DNA of 62,988 nt, filler included, from a bacterium (GTDB lineage: Bacteria > UBA9089 > CG2-30-40-21 > SBAY01), in NCBI GenBank assembly GCA_040757115.1. It is 3 parts of 3 records of this genome, joined end to end, with 100 filler letters (N's around TTAATTAATTAA, not from the genome) between each part and the next. Parts side by side here need not be neighbours in the genome. Positions count along the whole stretch, not along the records: positions 1 to 21,265 come from JBFLYA010000050.1; positions 21,366 to 42,183 come from JBFLYA010000051.1; 1 more part is not named here. One strand, 5' to 3'. Position 1 is the stretch's first letter. Each line of letters starts with the position of its first letter. The notes under the pieces were generated by a model. It searched no databases and had not been told where the DNA came from. It was given only the letters and a program-made list of their open reading frames with translations. This document shows, one piece after another, positions 19,615-30,438 of this stretch. The position numbers and the translations under genes were made by a program.

Positions 19615-20724
19615 ATGTATCTTCCGGAAACTGATTCAATAAAGATTGTTGAGGCAATCAGAGGGTTTAATGTCCATGATAAAGAAGTTGCCTTGATTAT
19701 GCTTGGGGAAAAGAATAAGCCTGATGTTGACCAGATGATTGCCAGTCTTAATGAAATGGGTATTGAGTTTTTGGGCGGGGTATTTCCTGGGATAATCTAT
19801 GGTGACAAAAGCTATGAGCAAGGAGCGGTGGTAAGTGTTTTGCCTGCAGTAAAAACCCCTTACCTCATCAAAGGGTTTAATCAACAAAAGATTCAACTCC
19901 CGGAGCTGGGTCAAGAAGTCGAAGGATGCACAGCGATTGTTCTAATAGATGGACTGACCTCAAATATTGCCTTTTTCCTTTGTGAGCTTTTCAATCGGCT
20001 GGGTCAGACGGTTCATTATTTTGGAGGCGGGGCTGGGTCATTAAGTTTGAAACAGGCACCTTGCCTTTTTACCAGAGGAGGGTTTGTTCAGGATGCCGCG
20101 GTGATTACCTTTGTCCAACTAAAAAGCAATCTGGGGGTTCGGCATGGTTGGGAAAAAGTAATGACTCCCTTTGTCGCCACCAAAACCAATAAAAATGTTA
20201 TCTCTGAATTGAACTGGAAAAATGCCCTTCAGGCCTATCGGGAAGTAGTCGAGGCTGATTCAGGCAAGAAGTTATCTGAGAAAGATTTCTACTCCCTGAG
20301 TATGTCATATCCATTTGGGATGTTCAAGGAGAATGCTGAGGATATTGTCCGTGACCCGATTGCCACAAATGAAAAAGGAGAGTTAATCTGTGTTGGTGAA
20401 GTCCCACAAAATAGTGTTTTGAGTATTTTGAGAGGAAACAAGGCATCTTTGATTCAAGCCGCTGGTCAGGCGGCAAGTGATTGTCAAAATCTTGTAGGAG
20501 AAAAGGTATCTCATTGTTTAGTTGCTGATTGTATCTCAAGGGCACTTTTCTTAGGAGAGGATTTTGAAAAGGAATTGGCATTGGTGAAACAAAAGATTGC
20601 CACTATAAATGATAAGTGTATGCCAGAAGGTATGTTGACTCTGGGCGAAATAGCCTCTTATGGAGAAAGATTTCTTGAGTTTTTTAACAAAACTATTGTT
20701 GTGGCACTCTTACAGAAATTCTAA
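19615..20724 (+). CDS. FIST signal-transduction domain protein
   Basis: GGVFPG, FGGGAG, HGW, DCISR, LTLGEI, FFNKT; AGGAGGT supports ATG 19615. Confidence 0.88.
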   Translation: MYLPETDSIKIVEAIRGFNVHDKEVALIMLGEKNKPDVDQMIASLNEMGIEFLGGVFPGIIYGDKSYEQGAVVSVLPAVKTPYLIKGFNQQKIQLPELGQEVEGCTAIVLIDGLTSNIAFFLCELFNRLGQTVHYFGGGAGSLSLKQAPCLFTRGGFVQDAAVITFVQLKSNLGVRHGWEKVMTPFVATKTNKNVISELNWKNALQAYREVVEADSGKKLSEKDFYSLSMSYPFGMFKENAEDIVRDPIATNEKGELICVGEVPQNSVLSILRGNKASLIQAAGQAASDCQNLVGEKVSHCLVADCISRALFLGEDFEKELALVKQKIATINDKCMPEGMLTLGEIASYGERFLEFFNKTIVVALLQKF

Positions 20725-20764
20725 TTTATTTACACCTTAACTCTTTACGCCCTGGCAAGAAATA

Positions 20765-21265
20765 GGGTTCTGCAAAATAGGATTTGGGGAATTAGAGATA
20801 AAAATTCAAATATCAAATATCAAAATGCAAAATTACAAATCAAATTTCAAAAAGGATTTCAAGAAAAGACTGTATAACTTTACTCTGCGACTTATAGAAT
20901 TCATCGATAAGTTACCAAAGGATAGTGTTTCTCAAAGAATTGGTGATCAATTATTACGGAGTGGTACAAGCATCATTGGGAATTATATTGAAGGGCAGGC
21001 GGCGAGTAGTAAAAAAGATTTTACTAATTTCTTTGATACATCTCTAAAATCAACTAATGAAAGTAAGTTATGGCTTGCATTACTTCGTGATAGTAAACGT
21101 GCTAAACCAGAGGAAGTAGCATGGTTTCTCAAAGAGTTGGAGGAATTTGGTAATATCTTTGCTTCAAGTATTTTAACGCTGAAAGGAAAGAGATAATTTT
21201 ACATTTTGATATGTAATTTTTATATTTGCTTTTTGCATTTTGATTTTTGGAGAATACCCGCTTAA
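20765..21265 (+). mobile_element. TA-flanked element with intact four-helix-bundle gene (right end lost in the gap)
   Basis: TA|GGGTTCTGCAAAATAGG start; flanks match 12994-13269 and 60995-61380 in reverse. Confidence 0.75.
20825..21196 (+). CDS. Four helix bundle protein
   Basis: QLLRSGTSIIGNYIEG, ASSKKDF, KSTNESKLWL. Confidence 0.92.
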   Translation: MQNYKSNFKKDFKKRLYNFTLRLIEFIDKLPKDSVSQRIGDQLLRSGTSIIGNYIEGQAASSKKDFTNFFDTSLKSTNESKLWLALLRDSKRAKPEEVAWFLKELEEFGNIFASSILTLKGKR

Positions 21266-21365
21266 NNNNNNNNNNNNNNNNNNNNNNNNNNNNNNNNNNN
21301 NNNNNNNNNTTAATTAATTAANNNNNNNNNNNNNNNNNNNNNNNNNNNNNNNNNNNNNNNNNNNN
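21266..21365. other. Artificial contig linker
   Basis: N run, TTAATTAATTAA, N run. Confidence 0.95.
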
Positions 21366-21569
21366 ATTTTGATTTTTGATTTGTAATTTTACATTTTGAT
21401 GTTTGATTTTTAATTTATTTTATGGTATTCCAGAAAAGTGGAAGTTAATTTTGCAAAAACCATAAGGTTCGCACTACATTTATCGAATGTCATAGGTTAC
21501 TTCGTGTCCATTTGTAGCTAATTTCTCTAATTCTCTGTGAACTCTGTGCCTCTGTGGCTGAATGCTTAC
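21366..21569. mobile_element. Right half of the 19074-type element, with the nested insert inverted
   Basis: GCAAAAACCAT|AAGGTTCGCACTAC junction; ends CTGAATGCTTAC. Confidence 0.7.
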
Positions 21570-21600
21570 GGGTTGACGATTTGAAAGGGAGGTAATTTTT

Positions 21601-22215
21601 ATGATTAAAAGAGTAACCTATTTACTTTGTGGGTTATTACTTATAAGCGGGACGGTTTGGGGAGAAATAGAACAAGGTGATGTAGATATAGAATTAGAGG
21701 TGCCAGAGATTATCCAATTAGAGATTTTAACCGCAAATTTACGAATAATTCCTGGTCCTGAGGATTATGCCCGAAATTTAGGTAAAGATGAATATGAAGG
21801 TGGAAATGAAGAGATAGACCCGGGTAAAGGCTTTGCCGATAGGAGCAGCGCTATTGAATTGACTATGTTCAGTAATGCTCAAAATGGTGGACTTCTTTAT
21901 GTCCATGGTATTCAGTATGGAGGTCCAGAAGGCATCCTCAGACTCGAAGATACATATTTAGCCGTTCAAACAGAAAAAACATATATCCTCCAGAATAATA
22001 TCGAAGGTGCAACCACTAAATTTAGAACATATCCCGATAAAAAGACATATTGGCTTAGACTTCATAACGAAGCTCAGGAAATATTTAAAGTAACTATGTC
22101 AACTAAAGATGCAAGATTGATAGTATTTAAAGCCGGCCTGGGTAATTTAGCCCGATATACACACGGCCATTATAAAAATACTATCACCTTCTCTCTAATG
22201 CCATCAATTATCTGA
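21601..22215 (+). CDS. Secreted hypothetical protein
   Basis: Signal peptide; GGAGG RBS; C-terminal GHYKNTITFSL strand reminiscent of pilin/WxL-like folds (inference). Confidence 0.7.
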   Translation: MIKRVTYLLCGLLLISGTVWGEIEQGDVDIELEVPEIIQLEILTANLRIIPGPEDYARNLGKDEYEGGNEEIDPGKGFADRSSAIELTMFSNAQNGGLLYVHGIQYGGPEGILRLEDTYLAVQTEKTYILQNNIEGATTKFRTYPDKKTYWLRLHNEAQEIFKVTMSTKDARLIVFKAGLGNLARYTHGHYKNTITFSLMPSII

Positions 22216-22227
22216 GGAAATTTAAAA

Positions 22228-24318
22228 ATGAAGAAAAAAATTATACCTTTAATTTCTTTAGTCTGTATTTTAGCATATAACAATATATTTGCTCAACAAT
22301 TACTCTCATTTATTGGAAAATGGCCTGACGATGCTATTATTTATCGATTTAATTCACCAGGTGATATAGGTGTTGATTCACAAGGTAATGTTTATGTTGT
22401 AGATACCGCAAATCATCGCCTTCAAAAATTTGATTCTATGGGAAATCTAATTACCATCTGGGGGAAAAAAGGTAATAATAGAGAAGAATTCCTTGCTCCT
22501 GAAGGAATAGGTATTGATAAAAATGACAATATCTATGTAGTTGATACAGGGAATAATCGTATCCAAAAATTTAGCTCTGATGGAAAATTACTTCAGATAT
22601 TTGGTAGTTTTGGGGACGATTATGGTGAATTCAAATTACCGCAGGATATTGTTGTTGATTCAGAATTTAATATTTATGTTCTGGATACAAATAATAATCG
22701 TATCCAAAAATTTAGTAATACAGCCGCTTTCCTTATGGCGTTTGGCGGTTATGGAACCGAAACCGGGAAATTCTCCAGTCCACAAAGTATAACTTTAGAT
22801 ATAAATGATTCTATCTATGTTGCGGATACAAATAATAATCGTATCCAGAAGTTTGATAAAAACGGTAATTTTATACGAAGTTGGGGCATAAAAGGAAATC
22901 AAGACGGTGAGTTTGATTACCCAACAGGAATAAATGTGGATAAAATTACCGGGCAGATTTATGTCGTTGATACGACAAATAGACGAATACAGGTTTTTGA
23001 TGTAAATGGTGGTTTTGTGAAAAAATTTGGGGAAAGAGGTGAAGGATTAGGAAAATTCGAATCTCCTAAAGGAATAGTTATTAACAGTTCAGGTAATGTA
23101 TATGTCTCAGATAAAGTAAATAATTGTATTCAAAAGTTTGATGAAACAGCTACTCCTCTTGAGATGTGGAGTGAATATAGTTATGAGCCAGGAAGGTTCA
23201 ATTCTCCATTTGGGATTGATAGGGATTCTCAAAATAATATCTATGTCGCTGATTCTAATAATCATCGCATCCAACAATTTGATAAAAATGGTAATTTTAT
23301 TAGATGGTGGGGTGGTAAAAGCACCCCAGTTATGGAGCCTGGTAAATTCTGGAATCCTTATGGGATACTGGTAGATACAAAGGATAATAATCGGGTATAT
23401 GTGGCGGATACGGAAAATTGCAGAATTCAAGTATTTGAAAATGGAAATTTTATCCGCAAATGGGGCAAATACGGCTCTATGGAAGGAGAGTTCATATCAC
23501 CTTATGACTTAGCGGTTGATTCTACAGGCTTGATTTATGTCGTAGATAAAGATAATCAACGCATACAGGTCTTTACTAAACAAGGTGTTTTCAAAAAACA
23601 GTGGTCCACTTTACTTAATCCTGAAACAATTAGTATCCCTGTAAATATAGAGATTGATTCTAAAGATAAAGTCTATGTTGTGGATATTAAAAATCATTGT
23701 GTTAAAGTATATGATAAAGATGGTAATTTTATTAAAAAAATTGGTGAGAATGGACAGGATGACGGCGAGTTCAATAGCCCTTTTGGAATTGATATTGATG
23801 TAAGTGATAATCTTTATATCGTAGATAAGGGAAATAATCGAATACAGGTATTTGATGCCAATGGTAATTTTATTTCTACCTATGGACATTACGGAGATAA
23901 TGATGGTGAGTTTAATTCACCAAGAGGAATTACACTTGATAATGAAAATAATATTTATATCGTTGATACTGGAAATCAACGAGTCCAGAAGTTTGAAAAT
24001 GAGATTAATCAAAATAATCCTGTTCCTAATTCAGAAATAAACGCCTATAATTTTCCAAATCCATTTAATCCTAATCTACGACAGACAACGATTACTTATA
24101 CCATTGGAACAACACAACCAATCACGATTAAAATTTATAATATAGCCGGTGAACTAATTAGAACCTTACTTGATTCTGCACAACGACCAGCCGGACAATG
24201 TCAGGATAAATGGGACGGCAAAAACGATGATAATGAAATAGTCTCAGAAGGCGTTTATATCTGCGTGATTAAAACTCAAGATGCCACAACAAAGTTTAAA
24301 ATTGCGGTAGAAAAGTAA
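22228..24318 (+). CDS. Secreted NHL-repeat beta-propeller protein with T9SS/FlgD-type C-terminal domain
   Basis: About 12 repeats of F..P.GI..D....IYV.D..N.RIQKF; C-terminal FPNPFNP, IKIYNIAGELIRTL, WDGKND, GVY. Confidence 0.88.
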   Translation: MKKKIIPLISLVCILAYNNIFAQQLLSFIGKWPDDAIIYRFNSPGDIGVDSQGNVYVVDTANHRLQKFDSMGNLITIWGKKGNNREEFLAPEGIGIDKNDNIYVVDTGNNRIQKFSSDGKLLQIFGSFGDDYGEFKLPQDIVVDSEFNIYVLDTNNNRIQKFSNTAAFLMAFGGYGTETGKFSSPQSITLDINDSIYVADTNNNRIQKFDKNGNFIRSWGIKGNQDGEFDYPTGINVDKITGQIYVVDTTNRRIQVFDVNGGFVKKFGERGEGLGKFESPKGIVINSSGNVYVSDKVNNCIQKFDETATPLEMWSEYSYEPGRFNSPFGIDRDSQNNIYVADSNNHRIQQFDKNGNFIRWWGGKSTPVMEPGKFWNPYGILVDTKDNNRVYVADTENCRIQVFENGNFIRKWGKYGSMEGEFISPYDLAVDSTGLIYVVDKDNQRIQVFTKQGVFKKQWSTLLNPETISIPVNIEIDSKDKVYVVDIKNHCVKVYDKDGNFIKKIGENGQDDGEFNSPFGIDIDVSDNLYIVDKGNNRIQVFDANGNFISTYGHYGDNDGEFNSPRGITLDNENNIYIVDTGNQRVQKFENEINQNNPVPNSEINAYNFPNPFNPNLRQTTITYTIGTTQPITIKIYNIAGELIRTLLDSAQRPAGQCQDKWDGKNDDNEIVSEGVYICVIKTQDATTKFKIAVEK

Positions 24319-24330
24319 AGGAAAAATCAA

Positions 24331-25584
24331 ATGAAAAAGATATTATTCTCTTTATTAGTTTTATTAGTTTTATTCTCTGTAACTGAGGCAAAAAGTCAAG
24401 GAAAAAGCGGAGCGACATTTCTAAAAATAGGTGTTGGTGCCAAACCGACAGCAATGGGTGGAGCTTTTGCCGCCGTCGCCGATGACTCAACAACCATCCA
24501 CTATAACCCTGCCGGATTAGCCCTGTTCGAAAATAAAGAATTATCCTTTACCCATATCGCCTGGTTTGAAAAGATTAACTACGAATACTTAACTTATATC
24601 AACCCATTATCACAACTAAATTTGCCTGGTGTTTTTGCCACTAATCTGTCCTATCTTGGAATAAATGATATTAAAGAATATGACCAAAATCAAACTTACC
24701 TTGGAGAATTTAAAGCATCCGATTTGTTACTTAATCTCACTTATGCCAGGACAATAAAACCTAATCTTTATTCAGGACTGAATTTAAAATATGTTAATCA
24801 AAAAATTAAATCATCAAGAAGTGCCCTTGTGACAGATTTAGGATTATTATATAACACATCTATTAAAAATCTAACTTGTGGACTGACACTCCAAAATTTT
24901 CTCCCACTTTTTAATAATTTTAAAGATAACCTGCCTTATAATATTAAATTAGGTGCCTGTTACAGATTGTTAACAAACAAAATACTCACTCTGGCAATGG
25001 ATGTTGATTTACCTAACAATGATAATGGACTGAGATTACATTTAGGTGCTGAATATCGGTATCCGGAAATGGAAAATATCGCTATTAGACTGGGATATAA
25101 AACAGGTGTTGATTGTGGTAACTTAAGTTTCGGTTTTGGAGTAAATTACGATAAATATAAACTTGATTATGCCTATTCTTCTTACAATGACCTCGGTAAT
25201 GTTCATCAACTTTCTCTTAATATGAAGTTTGAAAGTTTAAAGTCGAAAGTCCAGAATGAAAGCCTAAAACCTGAAATCCAAAGTTCAGAAAACAAAATCC
25301 AAAATACTAATGTCCTCTCCCCCTCTACCTCTTCGGACTCAAAGCCCAATGTGGTTTTTGAGTCCGAAGAGAAGAGGATAATTGAATATGTCGAATCTGA
25401 AAAAGAAACGATACAAAAAATAGAAACCGTAGAAAAACCGGTCATAGAAGAATTTGAAGAAGACCAGAAACAAGAAGACCCTTTACCAGAGCCAGAATCC
25501 AAAATCCAGGATTCAGAAGAATCAGATGCTCTAAAACCTGAAGAAGTTAGAGCCAAAGTAACCATAGGAGGAGATGAAATATGA
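24331..25584 (+). CDS. PorV/PorQ family beta-barrel with acidic C-terminal tail
   Basis: GATFLKIGVGA, AMGGAF, YNPAGL, LDYAY, LGNVHQLSL. Confidence 0.85.
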   Translation: MKKILFSLLVLLVLFSVTEAKSQGKSGATFLKIGVGAKPTAMGGAFAAVADDSTTIHYNPAGLALFENKELSFTHIAWFEKINYEYLTYINPLSQLNLPGVFATNLSYLGINDIKEYDQNQTYLGEFKASDLLLNLTYARTIKPNLYSGLNLKYVNQKIKSSRSALVTDLGLLYNTSIKNLTCGLTLQNFLPLFNNFKDNLPYNIKLGACYRLLTNKILTLAMDVDLPNNDNGLRLHLGAEYRYPEMENIAIRLGYKTGVDCGNLSFGFGVNYDKYKLDYAYSSYNDLGNVHQLSLNMKFESLKSKVQNESLKPEIQSSENKIQNTNVLSPSTSSDSKPNVVFESEEKRIIEYVESEKETIQKIETVEKPVIEEFEEDQKQEDPLPEPESKIQDSEESDALKPEEVRAKVTIGGDEI

Positions 25585-27734
25585 GATATTTAGTTTTGAC
25601 CCTGACATTGCTTGGGGTAATGTTAATAATGAATAATAGGAATGTCTGCACTGAGGAAAATGCCTATTTCTATTTTAATCAAGGAGAAAAGTATCGAGCA
25701 GAAAAAAACTATGAAGCGGCAATCTCTATGTATAAAAAGGCAATAAAATTAAATCCTGACTACGATATCACCTACAATAATCTTGGCTGTGCTTATTATG
25801 AAAAAGGACAGTTTGATGAGGCAATTGCTAATTATAAAAAGGCATTAGAATTTAACTTAACGACAAAAGTTACACATAGTAATCTTGCCTGTGCTTATTA
25901 TTATAAAGGGATGTTTGATGAGGCAATTGAGGAGTTCAAAAAGGAATTAGAAAATAACCCTGTATGCGTTGACTCGTTAAATGGTCTTGGTTGTGCTTAT
26001 TATAACAAAAAAATGTATGAGGAGGCAATAAAATGGTTCAAAAAGGCACTTGAAATTAACCCGGATTATACCTCTGCTAAAAATAAGTTAGCCTCAGCAA
26101 AAAAGGCGATTGAAAAAGAAAATTATTGCAAATACTACAATTCAGGTATTGACCAACTATCTCAACAAAAATATGAAGATGCCATCTCAAGTTTTAACCA
26201 GGCACTCGAATATACCACAATGGATTATGAAAAGACACTGGTAAAAGAAAAGATAAAATCTGCACAAGACAACTTAAATAAGATAAGAATAAGAGAAAAT
26301 TACTTCAGATGCTACAATTCAGGTATTGACCAGTTTGCTCAACAAAATTGGGAACAGGCAATTTTGAACCTTAATCAAGCACTTGAATACGCCGCCACCG
26401 ATGAAGAAAAGATAATGATAAAAGAAAAGTTAAAATCTGCACAAATTGGTTTGAATAAACGGAAAGTTAAAGCAAACTACTGGAAGCGGTATAATTCAGG
26501 AATTGAACAGATGGCTCAAAAAAGATGGGAAAATGCCATTAATGACTTTAATAACGCCCTTAAATATGCCACTACCGCCGATGAAAAAGGAAAGATAACC
26601 GTCCAATTAAATCAGGCAAAAAGGTCTTTGAATGAGACAAAACGCCAGGAAACCTACCATAAATGGTATAATTTAGGAATGAGCCGAATAGCTCAAAATA
26701 GATGTAAAGATGCAATGGAAAATTTTAGTCAGGCACTTAAATACGCTATTACCGATGAAGAAAAGATAATGGCACAAAAAAAGATAGATGAAGTCAGAAC
26801 AATTCTGGAAAAATCCCAACAATCTAAAGCCATCGCCTCTTTAAAAACTCCAGAAACCCCAGTAGAGATAAAGCAAAAAGTATTAATCAAAGAAAATAAA
26901 CCATGGAAATTTAATGTAAGTGATATTGCCTCGGTTTTATTGATAGTTATTTTAGGGTTATCCATTTTGCCACAATCAAATTCTATAAAAGCAAAAATTT
27001 ATCTCTGGCAAAAAAAATATGACCAAGCGGCTTCAATCTATGAAGAGGCAATATCAAAAGGGAAAAAAGTCTGGCTTTATCCAGCATTAGCAGAAATTTA
27101 TCTGAAATTAGACCAGGTAGATGAAAAGGCTATAAAAGTCTATGACAAAGCGATATTCCTTGATGCCGGTAATCGAAAAATGATTAGAATTGTTGCAGAT
27201 TATTATATGAAGAAAAAGAGACCCGGAGAACGAGCAATTGAAATTTTTGAAGAGGCATTAAAATTTGACCCAAATAATATTCATATATTGAATATTCTTG
27301 GAAAAACATATTGTAATTATGGAGAGGAGGCAAAGGCAATTGATGTTTTTCAAAAATTATATGAATTAGGACATAGAGATGAAACTGTGGTAAAAAATCT
27401 GGCAAAGGTATATCTGAAAGAAGATAGATTGGATAATGAGGCAATTCCAATCTATGAGGAGGCAATGAAATACGAACCAGAAAATCATGATTTGATTATT
27501 GCCTTGAGCCAGGCATATATAAATCAAGGAATGAGGGATAAAAGAACAGTAGATATTTACAGGAAGTCTGTTGGTTTATGCTCAAACTTAGTCAAAACTT
27601 ATAAAGAAAAAAATGATTTCGATAAAGCACGGCGATACGCAGAAATAGCCTACAAAATAGTTTATTGCTATTCATCAGGAATAGTCGATAGTTTAGTTCG
27701 CGAAAGCGTCATGGGGGTCTTGAATAAATTGTAA
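25581..27734 (+). CDS. Tetratricopeptide repeat membrane protein
   Basis: Multiple TPR units on both sides of one hydrophobic segment; N-terminal signal. Confidence 0.85.
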   Translation: MRYLVLTLTLLGVMLIMNNRNVCTEENAYFYFNQGEKYRAEKNYEAAISMYKKAIKLNPDYDITYNNLGCAYYEKGQFDEAIANYKKALEFNLTTKVTHSNLACAYYYKGMFDEAIEEFKKELENNPVCVDSLNGLGCAYYNKKMYEEAIKWFKKALEINPDYTSAKNKLASAKKAIEKENYCKYYNSGIDQLSQQKYEDAISSFNQALEYTTMDYEKTLVKEKIKSAQDNLNKIRIRENYFRCYNSGIDQFAQQNWEQAILNLNQALEYAATDEEKIMIKEKLKSAQIGLNKRKVKANYWKRYNSGIEQMAQKRWENAINDFNNALKYATTADEKGKITVQLNQAKRSLNETKRQETYHKWYNLGMSRIAQNRCKDAMENFSQALKYAITDEEKIMAQKKIDEVRTILEKSQQSKAIASLKTPETPVEIKQKVLIKENKPWKFNVSDIASVLLIVILGLSILPQSNSIKAKIYLWQKKYDQAASIYEEAISKGKKVWLYPALAEIYLKLDQVDEKAIKVYDKAIFLDAGNRKMIRIVADYYMKKKRPGERAIEIFEEALKFDPNNIHILNILGKTYCNYGEEAKAIDVFQKLYELGHRDETVVKNLAKVYLKEDRLDNEAIPIYEEAMKYEPENHDLIIALSQAYINQGMRDKRTVDIYRKSVGLCSNLVKTYKEKNDFDKARRYAEIAYKIVYCYSSGIVDSLVRESVMGVLNKL

Positions 27735-27782
27735 TTGGTAAGTATTTAACCAGTTATCAAATAAAAAGGAGGAGAAATTAAA

Positions 27783-29306
27783 TTGAAAGAGAATATAAGA
27801 GAAAAAATAATGATGATTATATTTATTTTGGGTTTATTATTAACTCAAACAAGTTGTGCCAATCAACAAGTGGAAGCAAAAATACCCAGAAATTTAATTC
27901 AATCTTTAAAATCTACGGATGCTGAAGTTCGTAAGCAAACAGCAATTATCTTAGGCGAATCAGGAAATAAAAAGGCAGTAAAACCATTGATTCAGGCTTT
28001 AAAAGATGAAGATTGGCAAGTGAGACGAGAAGCAGTCAAGGCACTGGGTAAATTAAAGGATGACCAGGCATTAAAACCGTTAATTGATAAACTAACAGAT
28101 TCACATTGGGTAGTGCAGGGTAATGCCGCCTGGGCACTGGGTGAAATAGGAGGTGACCGGGCATCTAAAGCTTTAATTACCGCACTATCCCATAAACAAC
28201 CTTTTGTTAGAGAAAATGCGGCTAAATCAGCTGGCAAACTTAAGATTCAAGAGGCAATAAAACCATTGATTAACCTGCTGAAGGATGAGGATAGTCAGGT
28301 TCAACAATCAGCCACTGAGGCACTTTCGCAAATAGGCAATCCTCAACCCCTGATTGAGGCATTGGATAGTAAAAATATACTTGTTCGCTGGCATGCAGGT
28401 GAGGCTTTAGGAAATATTGGTGATAAAAATGCAATTAAATATCTCCTGCCTTTATTAAAAGAGGAGGATAAAAATCTTCGACTTAATATCGCCTTTGCTC
28501 TTGCTAAATTAGGAAATAATGACGGCATAGAAATGTTAATTAATAGTTTAAAAGAGGAAGACGAAGAGGTAAAAACTTATGCCGCACTTACACTCGGCAA
28601 AGTAGGTGATAAAAGGGCAGTAGATGACCTGATTGGACTTTTAAATGATTCAAACATAAATATTAAGGCACAGGCAATATCTGCGTTAGGAAATATAGGA
28701 GAGGAAAAGGTAATATCACATCTTATACCCCTCTTAAATGATAAAAACGCATTTATTCAACAATTGAGTAGTAATGCCCTGATAAAAATAGGCGAACCTT
28801 CAATAAAACCTTTGATGTTTGGCTTACAAAATGCCAGGGAGAAAACTTTAAAAAACACCATTACAAATACTTTAATAAAAATAGGCACATCCGCTATTAC
28901 ACCTTTAATTGAGCTAAATGAGACTAAGACTATAGAAAATGACGAAACACAATGGTATATCGGAATCGCCTTAGGTGAAATTGGAAAAACAGGCAACGAC
29001 CAAATTTTTAATTCATTAATTACTACTTTAACTTCTGAAAATTGGTATGCACGAGGCGGGGCAGTCATTGGGCTGGGGAAAATGAAAAATAAACAGGCAC
29101 TTGAACCATTGATTAAGATTTTAAAAAATGACTCAAATAAAACTGTCCGTATGACCGCGATTGAATCACTGGCTAAAATAGATTATAAAAACAAAAGGAT
29201 AATGAATGTGTTAGTCTCTGCCTCAAAAAACGATAATGACCCGGGTGTCCGAACATTTGCTAAAGGGATTATTAATGCACTGAAAACGATAAAAGAAAAT
29301 CAATAA
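27783..29306 (+). CDS. HEAT-repeat (PBS lyase-type) protein, probable lipoprotein
   Basis: Repeated LI.AL.D....VR..A..ALG; hydrophobic leader ending QTSC. Confidence 0.85.
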   Translation: MKENIREKIMMIIFILGLLLTQTSCANQQVEAKIPRNLIQSLKSTDAEVRKQTAIILGESGNKKAVKPLIQALKDEDWQVRREAVKALGKLKDDQALKPLIDKLTDSHWVVQGNAAWALGEIGGDRASKALITALSHKQPFVRENAAKSAGKLKIQEAIKPLINLLKDEDSQVQQSATEALSQIGNPQPLIEALDSKNILVRWHAGEALGNIGDKNAIKYLLPLLKEEDKNLRLNIAFALAKLGNNDGIEMLINSLKEEDEEVKTYAALTLGKVGDKRAVDDLIGLLNDSNINIKAQAISALGNIGEEKVISHLIPLLNDKNAFIQQLSSNALIKIGEPSIKPLMFGLQNAREKTLKNTITNTLIKIGTSAITPLIELNETKTIENDETQWYIGIALGEIGKTGNDQIFNSLITTLTSENWYARGGAVIGLGKMKNKQALEPLIKILKNDSNKTVRMTAIESLAKIDYKNKRIMNVLVSASKNDNDPGVRTFAKGIINALKTIKENQ

Positions 29307-29390
29307 TACGAATTTCGTTAGAAACAGAAAACAGAAGATAGATATAAAGTAAAACATTATAATCTGACTTCTGTTCTCTGATAATCAGTG

Positions 29391-29470
29391 ACTCCGAAGT
29401 TCTTAACTAACCCAATAATTAATCTTTTCATCTCGATAAATAAGAGATAAAATCATAAGGGCTTCGGAGT
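29391..29470. repeat. Inverted repeat between convergent genes
   Basis: ACTCCGAAG ... CTTCGGAGT followed by a T run; heptamer hairpin at ~29320-29380. Confidence 0.4.
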
Positions 29471-29499
29471 TTTTTTATAGCATGACCCCAAATGCCCCC

Positions 29500-30438
29500 C
29501 TAAAATTTCACTCCTACAGAGATATAATGATTCCTGTCCAGATCTCCACGCACTAGATATGCATAGTCTAAAGAATAACCTCGTTCGACAAATCCCAGCC
29601 CAGCAGTAAAATCTTTTGTTTCATATCCAAATGCATATCCTACTCTTAGATACACATTTAATTCACACTCTACATTTAAATATTCCATTCCCACATGAGT
29701 TTTAATATCATCTCCTTTAGGTTTAACTAAATCTACACCTAAAAGAATATTGTTTGCATTTGGAAGTAGAAATTTATAAGAAGCTCCTGCTCGTATATTG
29801 AATGGCAATGGATCTTTTTTCTCACGATATTTTACATCTGACCCAAAATTTTGTCCTGCCACCCCAAAGCTAAGATTTTCTGAAATAAGTAATAATGTCC
29901 CAAAATCTATAGCATACGCCTTTGCCTTTATCTCTTCTACCAATTCACTTTGTATCTTTTTAAGATTAATTCCTGCTGATAGATTTTTAGTTAGTTTTAG
30001 CCCTCCAGATAGACTAATCACATAATCACTTTCTGCCTTTACCTTTCTACAGGGTTTATTCTCATAATTAATTTCAATATCACCCACTTGCAATGTAGCA
30101 ATACTTAGACCAAAGACACTATTTTCTTTCACCCTTTGTGCATAGCCTGCAAAACCATGTTTAATATCCAATAGAGTTGAGTAGAAGAAAGCCGCCTCCT
30201 TATGGTCAATTAATGACAAGCCTGCAGGGTTAAAGAAGATACTATCTATGCCATTTGGGCAACTAACTCCAATTTCACCTATGCCAGATAGTCGAGCACT
30301 TGTGGGAAATTTTAGCACTACCAGAGCAGAAGTTTTATCTCCTGCTTCAGCTTGATGAGTTAATAACATAACCCACCATATTGAAAAAACCAGGATAGTT
30401 CTTAAAATTATAAAACTTATCACTGTTATCCCCCTCAT
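29500..30438 (-). CDS. PorV/PorQ family beta-barrel
   Basis: LKFPTSARLSG, FNPAGL, LDYAY, terminal VGVKF. Confidence 0.85.
   Translation of the reverse strand: MRGITVISFIILRTILVFSIWWVMLLTHQAEAGDKTSALVVLKFPTSARLSGIGEIGVSCPNGIDSIFFNPAGLSLIDHKEAAFFYSTLLDIKHGFAGYAQRVKENSVFGLSIATLQVGDIEINYENKPCRKVKAESDYVISLSGGLKLTKNLSAGINLKKIQSELVEEIKAKAYAIDFGTLLLISENLSFGVAGQNFGSDVKYREKKDPLPFNIRAGASYKFLLPNANNILLGVDLVKPKGDDIKTHVGMEYLNVECELNVYLRVGYAFGYETKDFTAGLGFVERGYSLDYAYLVRGDLDRNHYISVGVKF

Noticed and set aside
15742-21196. Diversity-generating retroelement, suggested by the Avd-like fold
   Set aside because: No reverse transcriptase and no template/variable repeat pair visible in the window
21266-21365. TTAATTAATTAA palindrome within N runs (also 42184-42283)
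   Set aside because: Identical in both gaps and has stops in all frames; an assembly linker, so no synteny was inferred across it
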